From positions 434,001-498,000 of the forward strand of contig JAAOMT010000710.1 of NCBI GenBank assembly GCA_016748015.1: a stretch of 64,000 bases of DNA. The letters are read 5' to 3'. Position 1 is the first letter of the stretch. Each line of letters opens with the position of its first letter. This DNA is from Geosiphon pyriformis uo1. Lineage: Eukaryota; Fungi; Glomeromycota. The notes under the pieces were generated by a model. It had not been told where the DNA came from. It did no database searches and saw only the letters and a program-made list of their open reading frames with translations. A program made the translations under genes and the position numbers. This document shows positions 12,286 through 23,502 of the stretch, piece after piece.

Positions 12286-13598
12286 ATGGACTTGAACAAC
12301 TACTCTGCCTTAATGAAATTTTTGGGTAAAGGACAATACCCACTGAAATACACACAACAACAAAGAAAACATTTGCGCAAACAATCAAATTTCTATTTGA
12401 TTCACCAGAACCAACTTTATAAAAGAAATAGAAAAGATCCTAACTGCTCCCAGAGAGTCATCAGATTTGAAAAAAGAGAAATTGTGATCTATAATATGCA
12501 CACTAATCCATTAGCTAGACACTTTGGAAAAACAAAAACAATTCAAAAAACTCTAGCTTATTATTATTGGCCTACCTTGGGAAAAGACATTGCTAAATAC
12601 ATCAAAACCTGTGATATCTGCCAAAGAAGAGGAAAACCCAATCACAAAGAAGATATTTATCCAATCTCTGTTGGTCAACCCTTTAACAGAATTGGTATAG
12701 ATGTTATTGGACCTTTAACAATAACTCCTGATGACAACAGATACATTATCACAGCTACTGACTATCTTACAAAGTGGGTAAAAGCAAGAGCCACTCCAGA
12801 CCAAACAGCAGTCTTAATAGCCAATTTCATTTATGAAGATATCATTTGTTGCTATGGCTGTCTCAAAGAACTTTTATTTGACAGAGAAAGAGCTTTTCTC
12901 AGTACACTTGTTAAAGAATTTTGTAGAAAAATGGGAATACGTCACAAATTTTTCTCTTCTTATCATCCCCAAACAAATGGCCTAGTAGAACATTTCAATA
13001 GAATACTATGTGAAACCCTAGCCAAAACCAGTGAAGAAACAAACTTATGGGACAAAGTACTGCCTTCAGCTTTGTTTGCTTATAGAACTGTGAATTATGA
13101 TATAACAAGTTATGAACCCTTTTATCTACTCTATGGACGAATGGCAACTCTACCAATAGAAACTAACATTGAGACAATACCCTTTGAAGAAAAACAATAG
13201 AGAATTACAAAGACATTTTGCAAAGAAGACTTGGTACTATTCTTGACTCATTAGTAGAAGCACAGATAATTGCCTTTAAAAAAATAAAACAATTCCAAGA
13301 GAAGCTTAAGAAAAAGAAAACATATAAAACATTTTCCTTAAGTGTTGGTGACTTAGTTTTAGAATACCGTTCAGACAGAGACAATGTCTATGGTGATAAA
13401 TTCTCTAGCCAGTGGAAAGGACCTTTTATAGTCAACAAAGTTTTGAACAATGGTTCTTATATCTTACAAGATCAATATGAAACAATCTTCAATGATTGCC
13501 CTGTTCATGGCACACGACTCAAGAAATATTACAAACAATCTGATTGGTTATCTGTTGTGGTAATACCAACCCAAATGATCAACAAAAATCAGATATAA
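12286..13598 (+). pseudogene. A1 integrase (HHCC, DDE core, GPF motif; no chromodomain seen), one internal stop
   Basis: HTNPLARHFG...CDICQR, IGIDVIGP, YHPQTNGLVEHFN, WKGPF; own ATG at 12286. Confidence 0.92.
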
Positions 13599-13639
13599 AT
13601 AAATGCATTATTCCCAAAACAGAGGTATTTTCAATTGAC

Positions 13640-14296
13640 ATGAACAATTATTTCCTAGATCAAAACATTTAAAACACTTTCTACACTCTCCATGAGTACT
13701 GGATCAAAAATTATCCAAATGCTACTCTGACTATTGGAAAACAAACCACCATAACTGATAATAGTGGAACACATACTGTTATTAGACCAAAGAAAACCAC
13801 TACCAGAAGAGAAAGAATTGGTAGCAAAATGGATAAGTATTTGCTGGAAAGCATAACAGCAGCAATACTTACACCTTCCATGACAATTGAAAAAACGATT
13901 AAGGAAATCTTGCCCATAGACAAAAACTTGTCATATGGAAGACAATTAGAACTCTATGGTCATCTTAGTGAAATCATAGAAGAAATGAAGCTCATGAAGA
14001 AAACAACTTCAAAGATACAAGTGGAAATTTTGGACATTATATATTTAGATATCCCAAGAGTGTTGACTATTGCAAGAAGAGCCAAAACTCTTATACAAAG
14101 ATTTGGTCTCTTGAATACAAAGCTTATTTTGCCTCAAGTACTATACATTTTATTCACAAAAAACTTCAACAAACTAGTTAGTTTTGAGTTAGACAAAACC
14201 CTTCAATTAGAATACTCTATAAATAGCTTGATTTCGCCGGAGCTCAATCTCTTTGGAGAGGATGATATTACAGTTGAAACCTATAATTTTTATTAG
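13640..14296 (+). pseudogene. A1 ORF-X, uncharacterised post-integrase ORF of about 218 codons (one stop at 13670) reading through the PPT into the 3' LTR
   Basis: Open from 13673 to 14296; homologous sequence in A2; a similar ORF occupies the same position in family B. Confidence 0.7.
14255..14265 (+). promoter_or_regulatory. Polypurine tract of A1
   Basis: GGAGAGGATGA directly before the 3' LTR. Confidence 0.7.
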
Positions 14297-14896
14297 TTAT
14301 CACATGTATTAGCCACTGATGTTATATAATTAGTCACTCTATTTTTAGATAGTGATCATTGATCTAGTCGTTGACCACTTTTATTAGCTATATAAGCAAT
14401 GAGTCTCTTAGCTGTAAAAAATCATCTCTCAGACAAGAATCAAATAAATAAAAATAACAACTTTCATTTCAATCACTCTCTTATTGCTAATTTCCCTTTC
14501 CCTACCTTCAAGTATCTGAATATTTTAGGATAAAAGATTACTTGTTGGCCTTTTTCTGACATATATAATTGTAGCATTTAAAGATTATTTGAATAAACAT
14601 GACTGAAAAGCACAAGTTAATACCTAATATTGAATTCTAAGAGTGCTGACATGAGGCATAGAATTATACCAGTGGTGATCAATTGTTGACAGTACGGACT
14701 ATCCCTCTACCTTCAGATTCCCCAGTTACCTTTAAAAAGAATAGTGACTGAAATATTTTATGAGACTGATCTTGCACATTGAATCCATACTCATTCAATT
14801 CGCTCTTTAAAGTTGAATTCCCATTTAATTATTTCCATCACCCTACAATCTTGTTCTCCCTTGCTATCTGTTAGCTTGTTACTTCAACTCATAACA
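14266..14896 (+). repeat. 3' LTR of A1 (631 bp)
   Basis: Direct repeat of 7246-7948. Confidence 0.95.
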
Positions 14897-17800
14897 ATAC
14901 TATCAATACCAGCAAAAAAGCAACAATGTTTATGAAAACCAAAACAAATACCAAGAGCCTCAGCAATCCCAAGTAACTTCACAACCCCAGCCAAGAACAA
15001 ATATAACAAACCATAGACTACAGGAACAGCAGAAACATCATGAGAAATCAAACCACTCTTCTCCATAAAAGCCATGTATTTAGCCCTAACCAATCAAATT
15101 TCAGCACAGTAAGCAACACCCAAATCTTGAACAAAATTAACAATAAAATCTTCTACAGACTTAGCATCATCAAAAATAGACAAGACTTCTAGAAACCACT
15201 TCTTAAACAAAAAGCTTTTGCTTACAGTAATATACAATACATTATCAGAAGCACACAATGAAAGCATTTGTAAGACCTGAGAAAAAAAAACCCCCAAACT
15301 AGATACAACATACCAATTAGCCAGATACAATGCAAGCAGGTCTTTATGGGCACCAAAGTTGAATAAACACACAAATAAATGATCAGAACTCTCCACCTCT
15401 TTACAGTAAAGACACAAAACACTTGGATAGGCCCTATTATACAAACACTTTTGCACAGCAACTGGCAGGTAATGGTGGAGTGCCTTCAAAAAATATGAAT
15501 GTAAATTAGCCATAGACTTACAGGTGAATCCAGTCATTATGTGTGAATTGGAATGCCAAATTAAAGCAGTGTGAATCCAATTCATATTACCAACTAAGTT
15601 TTTGTTAACAACATTAGAACTAGGTCCAACTTCCTAACAGCAGACCTGAAAATCTTATGAACAATATGTTGAATATTACTAAACACCCCCATCTCATCAG
15701 TCTTAATGTACTTTTCCTTTATTAAAATAGGAAGCACCAAATTAGAACCAGCAGCCAAACTAGCTAACACATCAGCATGCTTATTATCCAGAACACCCGA
15801 ATGTCTCTTAATCTTGCACCAAGAAACATCAAGCCTTTTTTTCTTAATAGAATTAATAATATCATGTCATTCTATTCAGCAATGATTGCGAAAGTCTGAA
15901 GAGACCAAAGCCAATTCAGCAATACAAGCATCCAAGGCAGTCTAACTGTCCAAATAAACTGCAACAGAACTGTCAAGAGGAACACACTCCAAAGCCAGAA
16001 CAATTGCCTGTAAGTAGAGAATACCAATCCACCAATTCCAATACCAATGCTCAGATCTAAATCAGAGAAATATGCAGCTGCCCCACACTTCATCTCATAG
16101 AAACCCAAATTTCTCAAAGATCCATTCATGTAAACATTAATAACATCCAGATCAGTGGCAGAAAGACACTGCCTCAGTCTGGAAACACCACCCAAACCAC
16201 AATCATTTAGAGACTGCAAACCAATAACATGTGACTTATCAGAAAGAGGAGATTGAGCCAAAAAGTTTCAAGCCAAACTGAACCAACAAGAGACAAAGCT
16301 CCTCAGGTTAAGTCTTTTCCAACAATAAAAGCTTTTTCAATCAAAAATTAAACTCTTTTTGGTGTACAGTTGTTCAACAAAAGTGATCCCAAATTTTTTG
16401 AGTGATTATGAAACATCATAAAACAATAAGCTCCCCAGAATTGTAGACATTAGTATTCAACCAATGAAATGGAATGCAGTAAAAAAAAAGTTGCTAAGAG
16501 ACATATCACAATTCAAAAAAATTTTGATAACACTTGCCAAAAAATTATTGACTGGATTAACATGTAGTTTAACCAGATAACATAAAAGATGGATGAGCAA
16601 CCAACTTAAAACTTGCAAGTCCAAAGATCTATGATTAAACAAACGACCAAAAATTATACCAGCATTTAAAAAATTTAGCACAGAAGCCAACTTGAATTTA
16701 GATTGCAACTGCTCAAAAGATTTTAAGTCATACAAAAATAAATGGTGAAGAGCTTTATTTGGAAAATTTTTAGGCAGTCCAATCTTAAGTTATAAATCTT
16801 TTCTAATCAACATGTTCCATTTAACACATACATTTTTTGAAACAAAACTGAATTGCATCCTATAACTAATAATGAGCTGTAGCATTGCTGACACCAAATA
16901 AAAAAATTGTTTGTCTAAAATAGCCTTTCTCAAAACCAAATTGACAAAGAATCTGACATCTGAATGAGCCTTAGCCAGACTAGGTAAGGACAATCCTTTG
17001 GATAACAAGTAGATACCAAGATATCTATAAGACTCTCCTTTATGAGCAACTGAAATTGGCAAACCACTTATTAACAATGAAGCATTACTAACTCTCTGGT
17101 TGATAGGGATGGCCACAGTCTTCTCATTATTAATAGAAATATTATTTATCTTGAAAAATTCACTAGCAATGTCCAAGATATATTGAGTAGTAGCCCTACT
17201 ATTTCCCACCCAAATTGTGTCATCAACAAAAGCACCAGTCACCAGAAACAAAGTCAAACCATTTTGGTTTTCTAGTCTATTAGTCTTAGCAACAAACTTA
17301 GTATTAATCCAGTAGTCACACAAACTTTCTTGTCTCTTAACCTTACACAAAAGGGGATCATAGAAAATTCTCTACAACAAAGAAAAAAACACCTCACCCT
17401 GGTTAAGACTATTATAAACCCAGTACTCATTAGTCAGACCAAAATCAATCATAACATGATCATTGTGAATATTGCCAAAAAACCTGATAAAATGTTCACA
17501 CATCTTAATTTAAACCAAGCTATTTTGCAAGTGATACCAATCCATAGAATTATAGGCCTTATGCATATCTTGTAAAACAAGCCAAAGCTCATTATCTTTT
17601 TTCAGAGCATTTTCAACAACTGATCCAATGGCAAAAATAGAGGATTGAGTAATAGTGTCTTTTAGTACAGAAAAATTATCTCCATGAAGAACATCAAACA
17701 TACTGCATGTCAACAAAATTTTATCAGACAGTATCTTAGAGAGAATTTTATGAGCAGTCTTAATCAAAACAATTGGCTTAGTATTAGTCAAAACACCTTC

Positions 17801-19518
17801 CTACTCATAAAATTTAGAAATTATAAACCAAGCTTCCTTTTAAAGATAAGATACAGACTCATGCACCAAACAGAGATTCAATAAAATCAAGAGTAAACTG
17901 AGCACAGAGCTATTGCAATGTTTCCAAAGTTCATTTGTAATACCAGACAAATCAGCAGCCTTATTATCTGGCAGATTTTTGACCACATGCAACAACTCAT
18001 CATAACCAATGGCATTCATAACTCCAGAAAAAGCATTATTGTTAACATAATCCAATAGCAGATATTGATACTGCCACAATTTAGGAACATTCCTTAGCAC
18101 AACTTTTTTTTTTGTCTAGTCCTCCATAATTTTGTCAATCTTCCCTTTAACTTCAGCTGAGTCCAAATTTAAATCACTGTCAGAAACTAGATAATCCAAT
18201 ACCATCTTGTGAAAAGGGCATTTCAATACACTATAAATTGTATAGTCTTTGTTAACCACAAAGCTCTCCATTCTTTTTTCAATAGCTGACCTAATGTTTG
18301 ATTCTTCAGCTCACAATAATTCAGCAAGCTTAGAGACACAATAAGATTTCTTTGCATTACAGAAAGCAGAATGAATGCAATTTAAATTCACACCAGAGCT
18401 TACAAAATCTCCAACAATAAAAGCTTTGTCATTATCAAGAAAAACCCAGCACTCCAAAAGAGAAACAAATCAGCCAAGATTCACTTCACAAGAAGTCTTA
18501 ACAATCTTCAAAACTAAAATTTCCAGTCTATAAAATTTCAAAGACTCTTTGGTAAAAACTTTATTGTAATCTTTAAACCATTTTTTTTTGAAAGTTTTAT
18601 TGACCAAAAAAGCCATCACTTTGTGAACAATATCTCACATAGTATTTAGATCCAAAAGCCTCTCAGCTAAAACAAACTTATCTGTGAACATAACAATATT
18701 GGCTGCTGTAGCATTTTTGAACTCACACCATTTCATCTTATCAGTATGCTTGATGTCAAATTTTCAACAATTCTTATTAGCCTGCTTGTGTAGTAAGTTT
18801 AGTTGCATATCCAGCAAACCACCCAAACTCATGGAAACATAAACAATATTGTGATCAGTATTAAAATAATCTCCAATATTGGCAATGAACAACCACAGTA
18901 TTAACCAGATTTGAGAAAACAAACAAATAATCAATTGTTTTAGCAATACTCTGAGAATTGCACCAAGTCAGCACTTTTACAAAAGAGCTCTCACTTAAAG
19001 AATTAACCAAATTCAGATCAAGGCACTTTTTAAAACTGGCACATTTGTGAGATCTATCCTCATTGAAATCACCTCCCAGAGATGACAAAAAAGGACTTAT
19101 TCACAGTCTTTGCAATTATAGAGTTAATATTATTTGTCTAAGAGAAACATACTATCATAAATGCTCCAGCATAAAGTTTTAAAATTGACACAGAAAGTTT
19201 ATTCTTAAAAAGTAACCTGATAGAGAGAAGCTGGCCAAAAACATCAATTATCTTACACACATGTCTTGCCAAAGAATTGTTCATGATAATTGTGACACCA
19301 GAATCCAAATGACCAAAGCCCAAACCAGAAGTAAAAACCCAAATACCATCAAACTTATTTATGATCTATGGGTAAATTCTATTCCTCAACTTAGTCTCAG
19401 TAACAATAGAAATTAAATTGTTCATCTTGTTATACCAATGAATTATATCATCCTGTTTCACAGGATTGTTCATACTTTTAATATTGCATGTGGCAATTTT
19501 CCAAACCAGATCACTTAT
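14897..19518 (-). pseudogene. LINE copy 3 ORF2: APE endonuclease, RT, RNase H, zinc finger (final codons lie at 7217-7245)
   Basis: WKIATCNIKSMN, TETKL, LGGDFNED, IDYLF and NTDH (APE); LQDMHKAYNSMDW, NQGE and AFVDDT (RT); VYMNGSL (RNase H); CLYCKEVESSDHLFVC. Confidence 0.9.
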
Positions 19519-21459
19519 TAAGGAATAATGGAAGCTGACAAACCCAAGTCAGAGCACAAACAATTCAATCTTTCCAAAACTGAATTAATCAACACATCTA
19601 ATGACATCATTTTAGACTCCAAGCTACCCACTTTGGTGGTCAAAATCTTGGAACTACTAGAGCTGAAACCAAACACATCAAAATTAACACCAGTAAGAGG
19701 AGGAACAGGTGGCATGAACACATTATCCACAGCCATATCCAAATTTAAACCCAAATTCAAAGGTGCAGAAGCAATAGAAGAGGAAATAAGAGATGAAGAC
19801 ACCAAAGGTACCAACCCAACGAGGCTCAACTTTTTTAAGATACCAGAAATTTGGTCTGACAGGAGCTCTACAGAATGTTTCAAAGAAGCCAAACAGTCAT
19901 ATAAGCCAGAATTATCAAGAGAAATAAAAACTGCAAAAGAGATCCCACTACCAGAAGACAAATCAGTACCAAAAGAAAATGAAAAAACCACATGTAAAGA
20001 AAAGCCACTAACAACTTGGGCCCAAGTTCTACCATCAAAAGAGACTGGGCAGGCAATCAGAGTCTGCTTTTTCTTATATATACTGGCTAAATAGATCTGA
20101 TCTTGAGAAGATACCATCTACCTACCACAAACTCCAGAATTTTCACCAACTGAACACACATTAGAAATATGACCAAATAGTTTATACTTGGAACAACAAG
20201 TCAAAGAAAGACCAGCCTAGCACAAATTCACACTTCTAAACACAGAAACAGAATCAATAACAGCCAATTTGAATGCTTTATCAGCAAAACACACTATTGT
20301 ACATTTGTTACACACATATAAGCTGAGATTATGGCCAATAAAACAAGTTTTCCTACCATATGATTTCATCAAACCAGAAAAATCATGTGTCGTAGTTCCA
20401 ACTAAAAGAGTATAAAGTAAAGCCTGATGCTAATTTTTGGATACTCATATTTGTTTATTACCAATAACTTTTGTCACATGAACAGAATCTTTTTCCATAA
20501 AAACAAATCATCTAGCTGCAACCAAATCAGCTATCTTAGATAACTCATATTCTACCAAAGTTTTTTGTCATAAACCAATCAATTGTATCTTGATTGATAC
20601 AATCTTCTTAAACTTAGAAAAAACAGATTCCATAACCAATTTGGAAAGATTGACTAAGATCTCTTTGACAATTACTTCTCAATCTGATTGGCTGTTTACC
20701 TTTCTGAGACTATTATTAACAAGAATTTTTCACAGACTGCCAATTCCTTTGCCTTATTTAGACTAAATTCAGATATAAATAATGACCTAATAATTCCAGA
20801 AAATTTTGAGGGAGTAAAGACCCTTCCAAAACCATTAATTTGATAAAAAATTTTTCTAATTGCAATTAACTTAGCACTATTTGTTTTTTCAGACACAGTA
20901 AACAACTCAACATTCAAAGTGAACAATTTGATTGGTTCAAAGCTATGTTTTTTCAGAATACATAACTCAGCAAATAGAAGTTGATTGGATCCAACAAACT
21001 TAGACACTAGGAGCACCAACTTAGTATTGTTGTCACTTATATGTTTGAATAAAGGCTGTTTTGGTGGGTTGCCTAACACATATGTCTGTATGTGAGTCTT
21101 TCTTAGTGTTGCTTCATCCATATTATTGTCCTCACCAAATTCTGTGTAACTGGTTTCTTTAATAACCATGTTTTCCATATTTTTGACATTCGAGAGATTG
21201 CTTACACTGCTAGAAACACTGCCAACTTTGCTTTCCCAGGACACCACAGGTTTAATACTAGTATTATCAATATCTACCAAGCTCAGAAAACCAGCAGATA
21301 AATCAATTACATCACTGGCTACAGACATTTTCAGCTTTTTAAACGATAGACCATGAGAGTACACACTATTCACACAAGTTTTTTTCTGCCACTAGACTGA
21401 ATTCCCAATCCAGCTGAACCAGCACCAGAATTATCAGTAGAAGCGCTTACTAGATCCAT
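19518..21459 (-). pseudogene. LINE copy 3 ORF1 (RRM-like repeats, CCHC knuckle, C-terminal coiled coil)
   Basis: ATG at 21459 (MDLVSAST); ESVFSKFKKIVSIKIQ RRM-like segment; CSKYKLFGHISNVC decayed knuckle; stop abuts the ORF2 start. Confidence 0.8.
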
Positions 21460-22864
21460 AGCAACAAAAAAAGGAATGTTAAAAGAAATAATTAGAAAAG
21501 AAACAAGGAAAAAGAAAAAAAGACTAATTAAAACTTCAATAAAATTTTGCTCTCATCGTGGTCAAAAGATTGATAAAAGAAAAAAAGTTTTATTATTATT
21601 ATTATATTATTTATAAATAAATAACTTAGTTAAAAGTTTAATAGAATATTATATAAAATATTAATTAAATTTAATTAAAAAAATCAAGAAAAATAAGATT
21701 TGTTTATATTATTAATATTATTTACTTATTAAATAATAAAACAAAATACTATTTAATTAATTATTTGAATTAGTATATAATAAAACAACAATATTACTAA
21801 TTAAGATAAAAATAATAATATATTTAAATAAATTAATAATAAAAGCTATATTTTAAAAAATATTATTATAAATATATAACTTAATAAAAATATTAAAAAA
21901 CAAAAAAAAACAATTAATAATATTAAGGTTTTATATAAAAAACATAATAAATAATTATAAAATAAATTAAATAAATTAAAAATTAAAAACAAAGTATTAT
22001 TATATTATATTAAAGCAAAAAAATTTCAATTTTAAATAAAATAATTTATTTTATATTAAAAAATACTTGAAAATAAGACATATAAATTATAATTAAAAAA
22101 CAAAGTTTTAACAAAAACAATATATAGTAATTAACTAAAAACTATATTACATTAAAATAAAAAGTACAATAATATTTGTTATTAATTTTAAAATTTATTA
22201 AGTAAAACATAAAATAATATTTTGCATTTTTATTAAAATATTATTTAATATAAAATATTTTTAACACATAAATTATAAAAAAAGCTGATAATTAAATTAC
22301 TTTTTTTTTATTTTTTTATTTATTATTGCTTAAATAAACAAAAAATTAAAGCAATCAAGAAATATTTCTTTTAATTATTTGTTATTTATAATAACAACTT
22401 TTTAAAGTATTAAAAAATATTTTTTGGTGTTAATTTTTGTATTTTAGAGCTAGTTTTTTTTTGTAAAAAATAAAGCTTTGGTTTTTTTGTTATTTTTAAC
22501 TTTTTTACTATTTTTATATTATTAATACTAATTATAATATTCAGTTTTATTATAACTGTAAATAAAAAAAAATTGTCTAAAATAATAACAATAAAAGCAT
22601 ATTAATTAATCTTGGTTTAAATTAATTCTTGACTGTATTTTTTAATATATTAATTTTTGACCAATTTTTGTTAATTCTAAATAAAACAAAACATATTTTT
22701 ACATATATTTTTAATTAAATAAATTATTAAATTATTTGATTTTAAAATTTAAATTAATTAAATAAAAACAAAATTAATTTTTTTTTGTTTTTTGGTATTG
22801 TCTTTAATAATACTTAAAAAATAATTATTAATTATCAAAAATTTCCTAAATAGATGGTTTTTAC

Positions 22865-23502
22865 TATTATGAGTTGGAGTAATAAGCTAAAAAATAGCAA
22901 AGAAGAACAAAATTATAAAGTGATAAAAGAAATCAAAGGGAATTCAACTTTAAAGAGTGAATTAAATAAGTATGGATTCAATATATAAGATCAGTCTCAT
23001 AAAATATCTCAGTTATTATATTTTTCAAAAAATAACCAGAAATCTGAAAGTAGAGAGATAGTCTATACTGTCAACATATGATCACATACTGATATAATTT
23101 TATGCCTTATGTTAATACTCTTAGAATTCAATATTAGGTATTAGATATAATTTTCAGTTACAGTTTATTCAATAATCTTCAAATGCTATAATTACACATT
23201 TTAAGAAAAAAGTAAGTAAATGCCAACAAGTAATTTTTTATTCCAAGATATTCAGATACTTAAAGGTAAAAAAAAAAATTAGCAAAAAAAAAAGAATTGA
23301 GATAAAGTTGTTATTTTATTTCTTTTTTTTCTTTGATTCTTACATGTTTTTTTACAGCTAAAAAATTCATCACTTATATAGCTATCAAAAGTAATCAATG
23401 ATCAGGTTAATAATCACTATCTAAAAATAAGATGACTAATTATATAAAATTAGTGGTTAATATATATAATAACTAATAAAAGTATGGGTTTTAATTATAA
23501 TA
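22865..23502 (-). repeat. 3' LTR of A2
   Basis: Reverse complement of the family A LTR, with two 12-bp units. Confidence 0.9.

Larger units (their letters stand above)
7246..14896 (+). mobile_element. Ty3/Gypsy LTR retrotransposon family A, copy A1 (complete but pseudogenised)
   Basis: Paired LTRs, 4-bp TSD ATAC (7242-7245 and 14897-14900), PBS, PPT, and gag-PR-RT-RH-IN domain order. Confidence 0.95.
7089..21590 (-). mobile_element. LINE copy 3, full length (5' UTR, ORF1, ORF2, 3' UTR), interrupted at 7246-14896 by Gypsy A1
   Basis: ORF1 and ORF2 are collinear on the minus strand; 3' tail at 7089-7216. Removing A1 and one ATAC copy restores the ORF2 end GIDSIVSVLLDS*. Confidence 0.9.

Noticed and set aside
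8001-13598. Alternative genetic code or read-through explaining the many stops
   Set aside because: Most stops differ between copies and derive from TGG, CAA, CAG or CGA by transition; the P450 genes read normally in the standard code.
13640-14296. ORF-X as a retroviral env
   Set aside because: Too short, with no evident signal peptide, furin site or C-terminal membrane anchor.
19528-20094. 188-aa plus-strand ORF and other antisense ORFs over TEs
   Set aside because: Antisense shadows of TE coding regions; no independent evidence.
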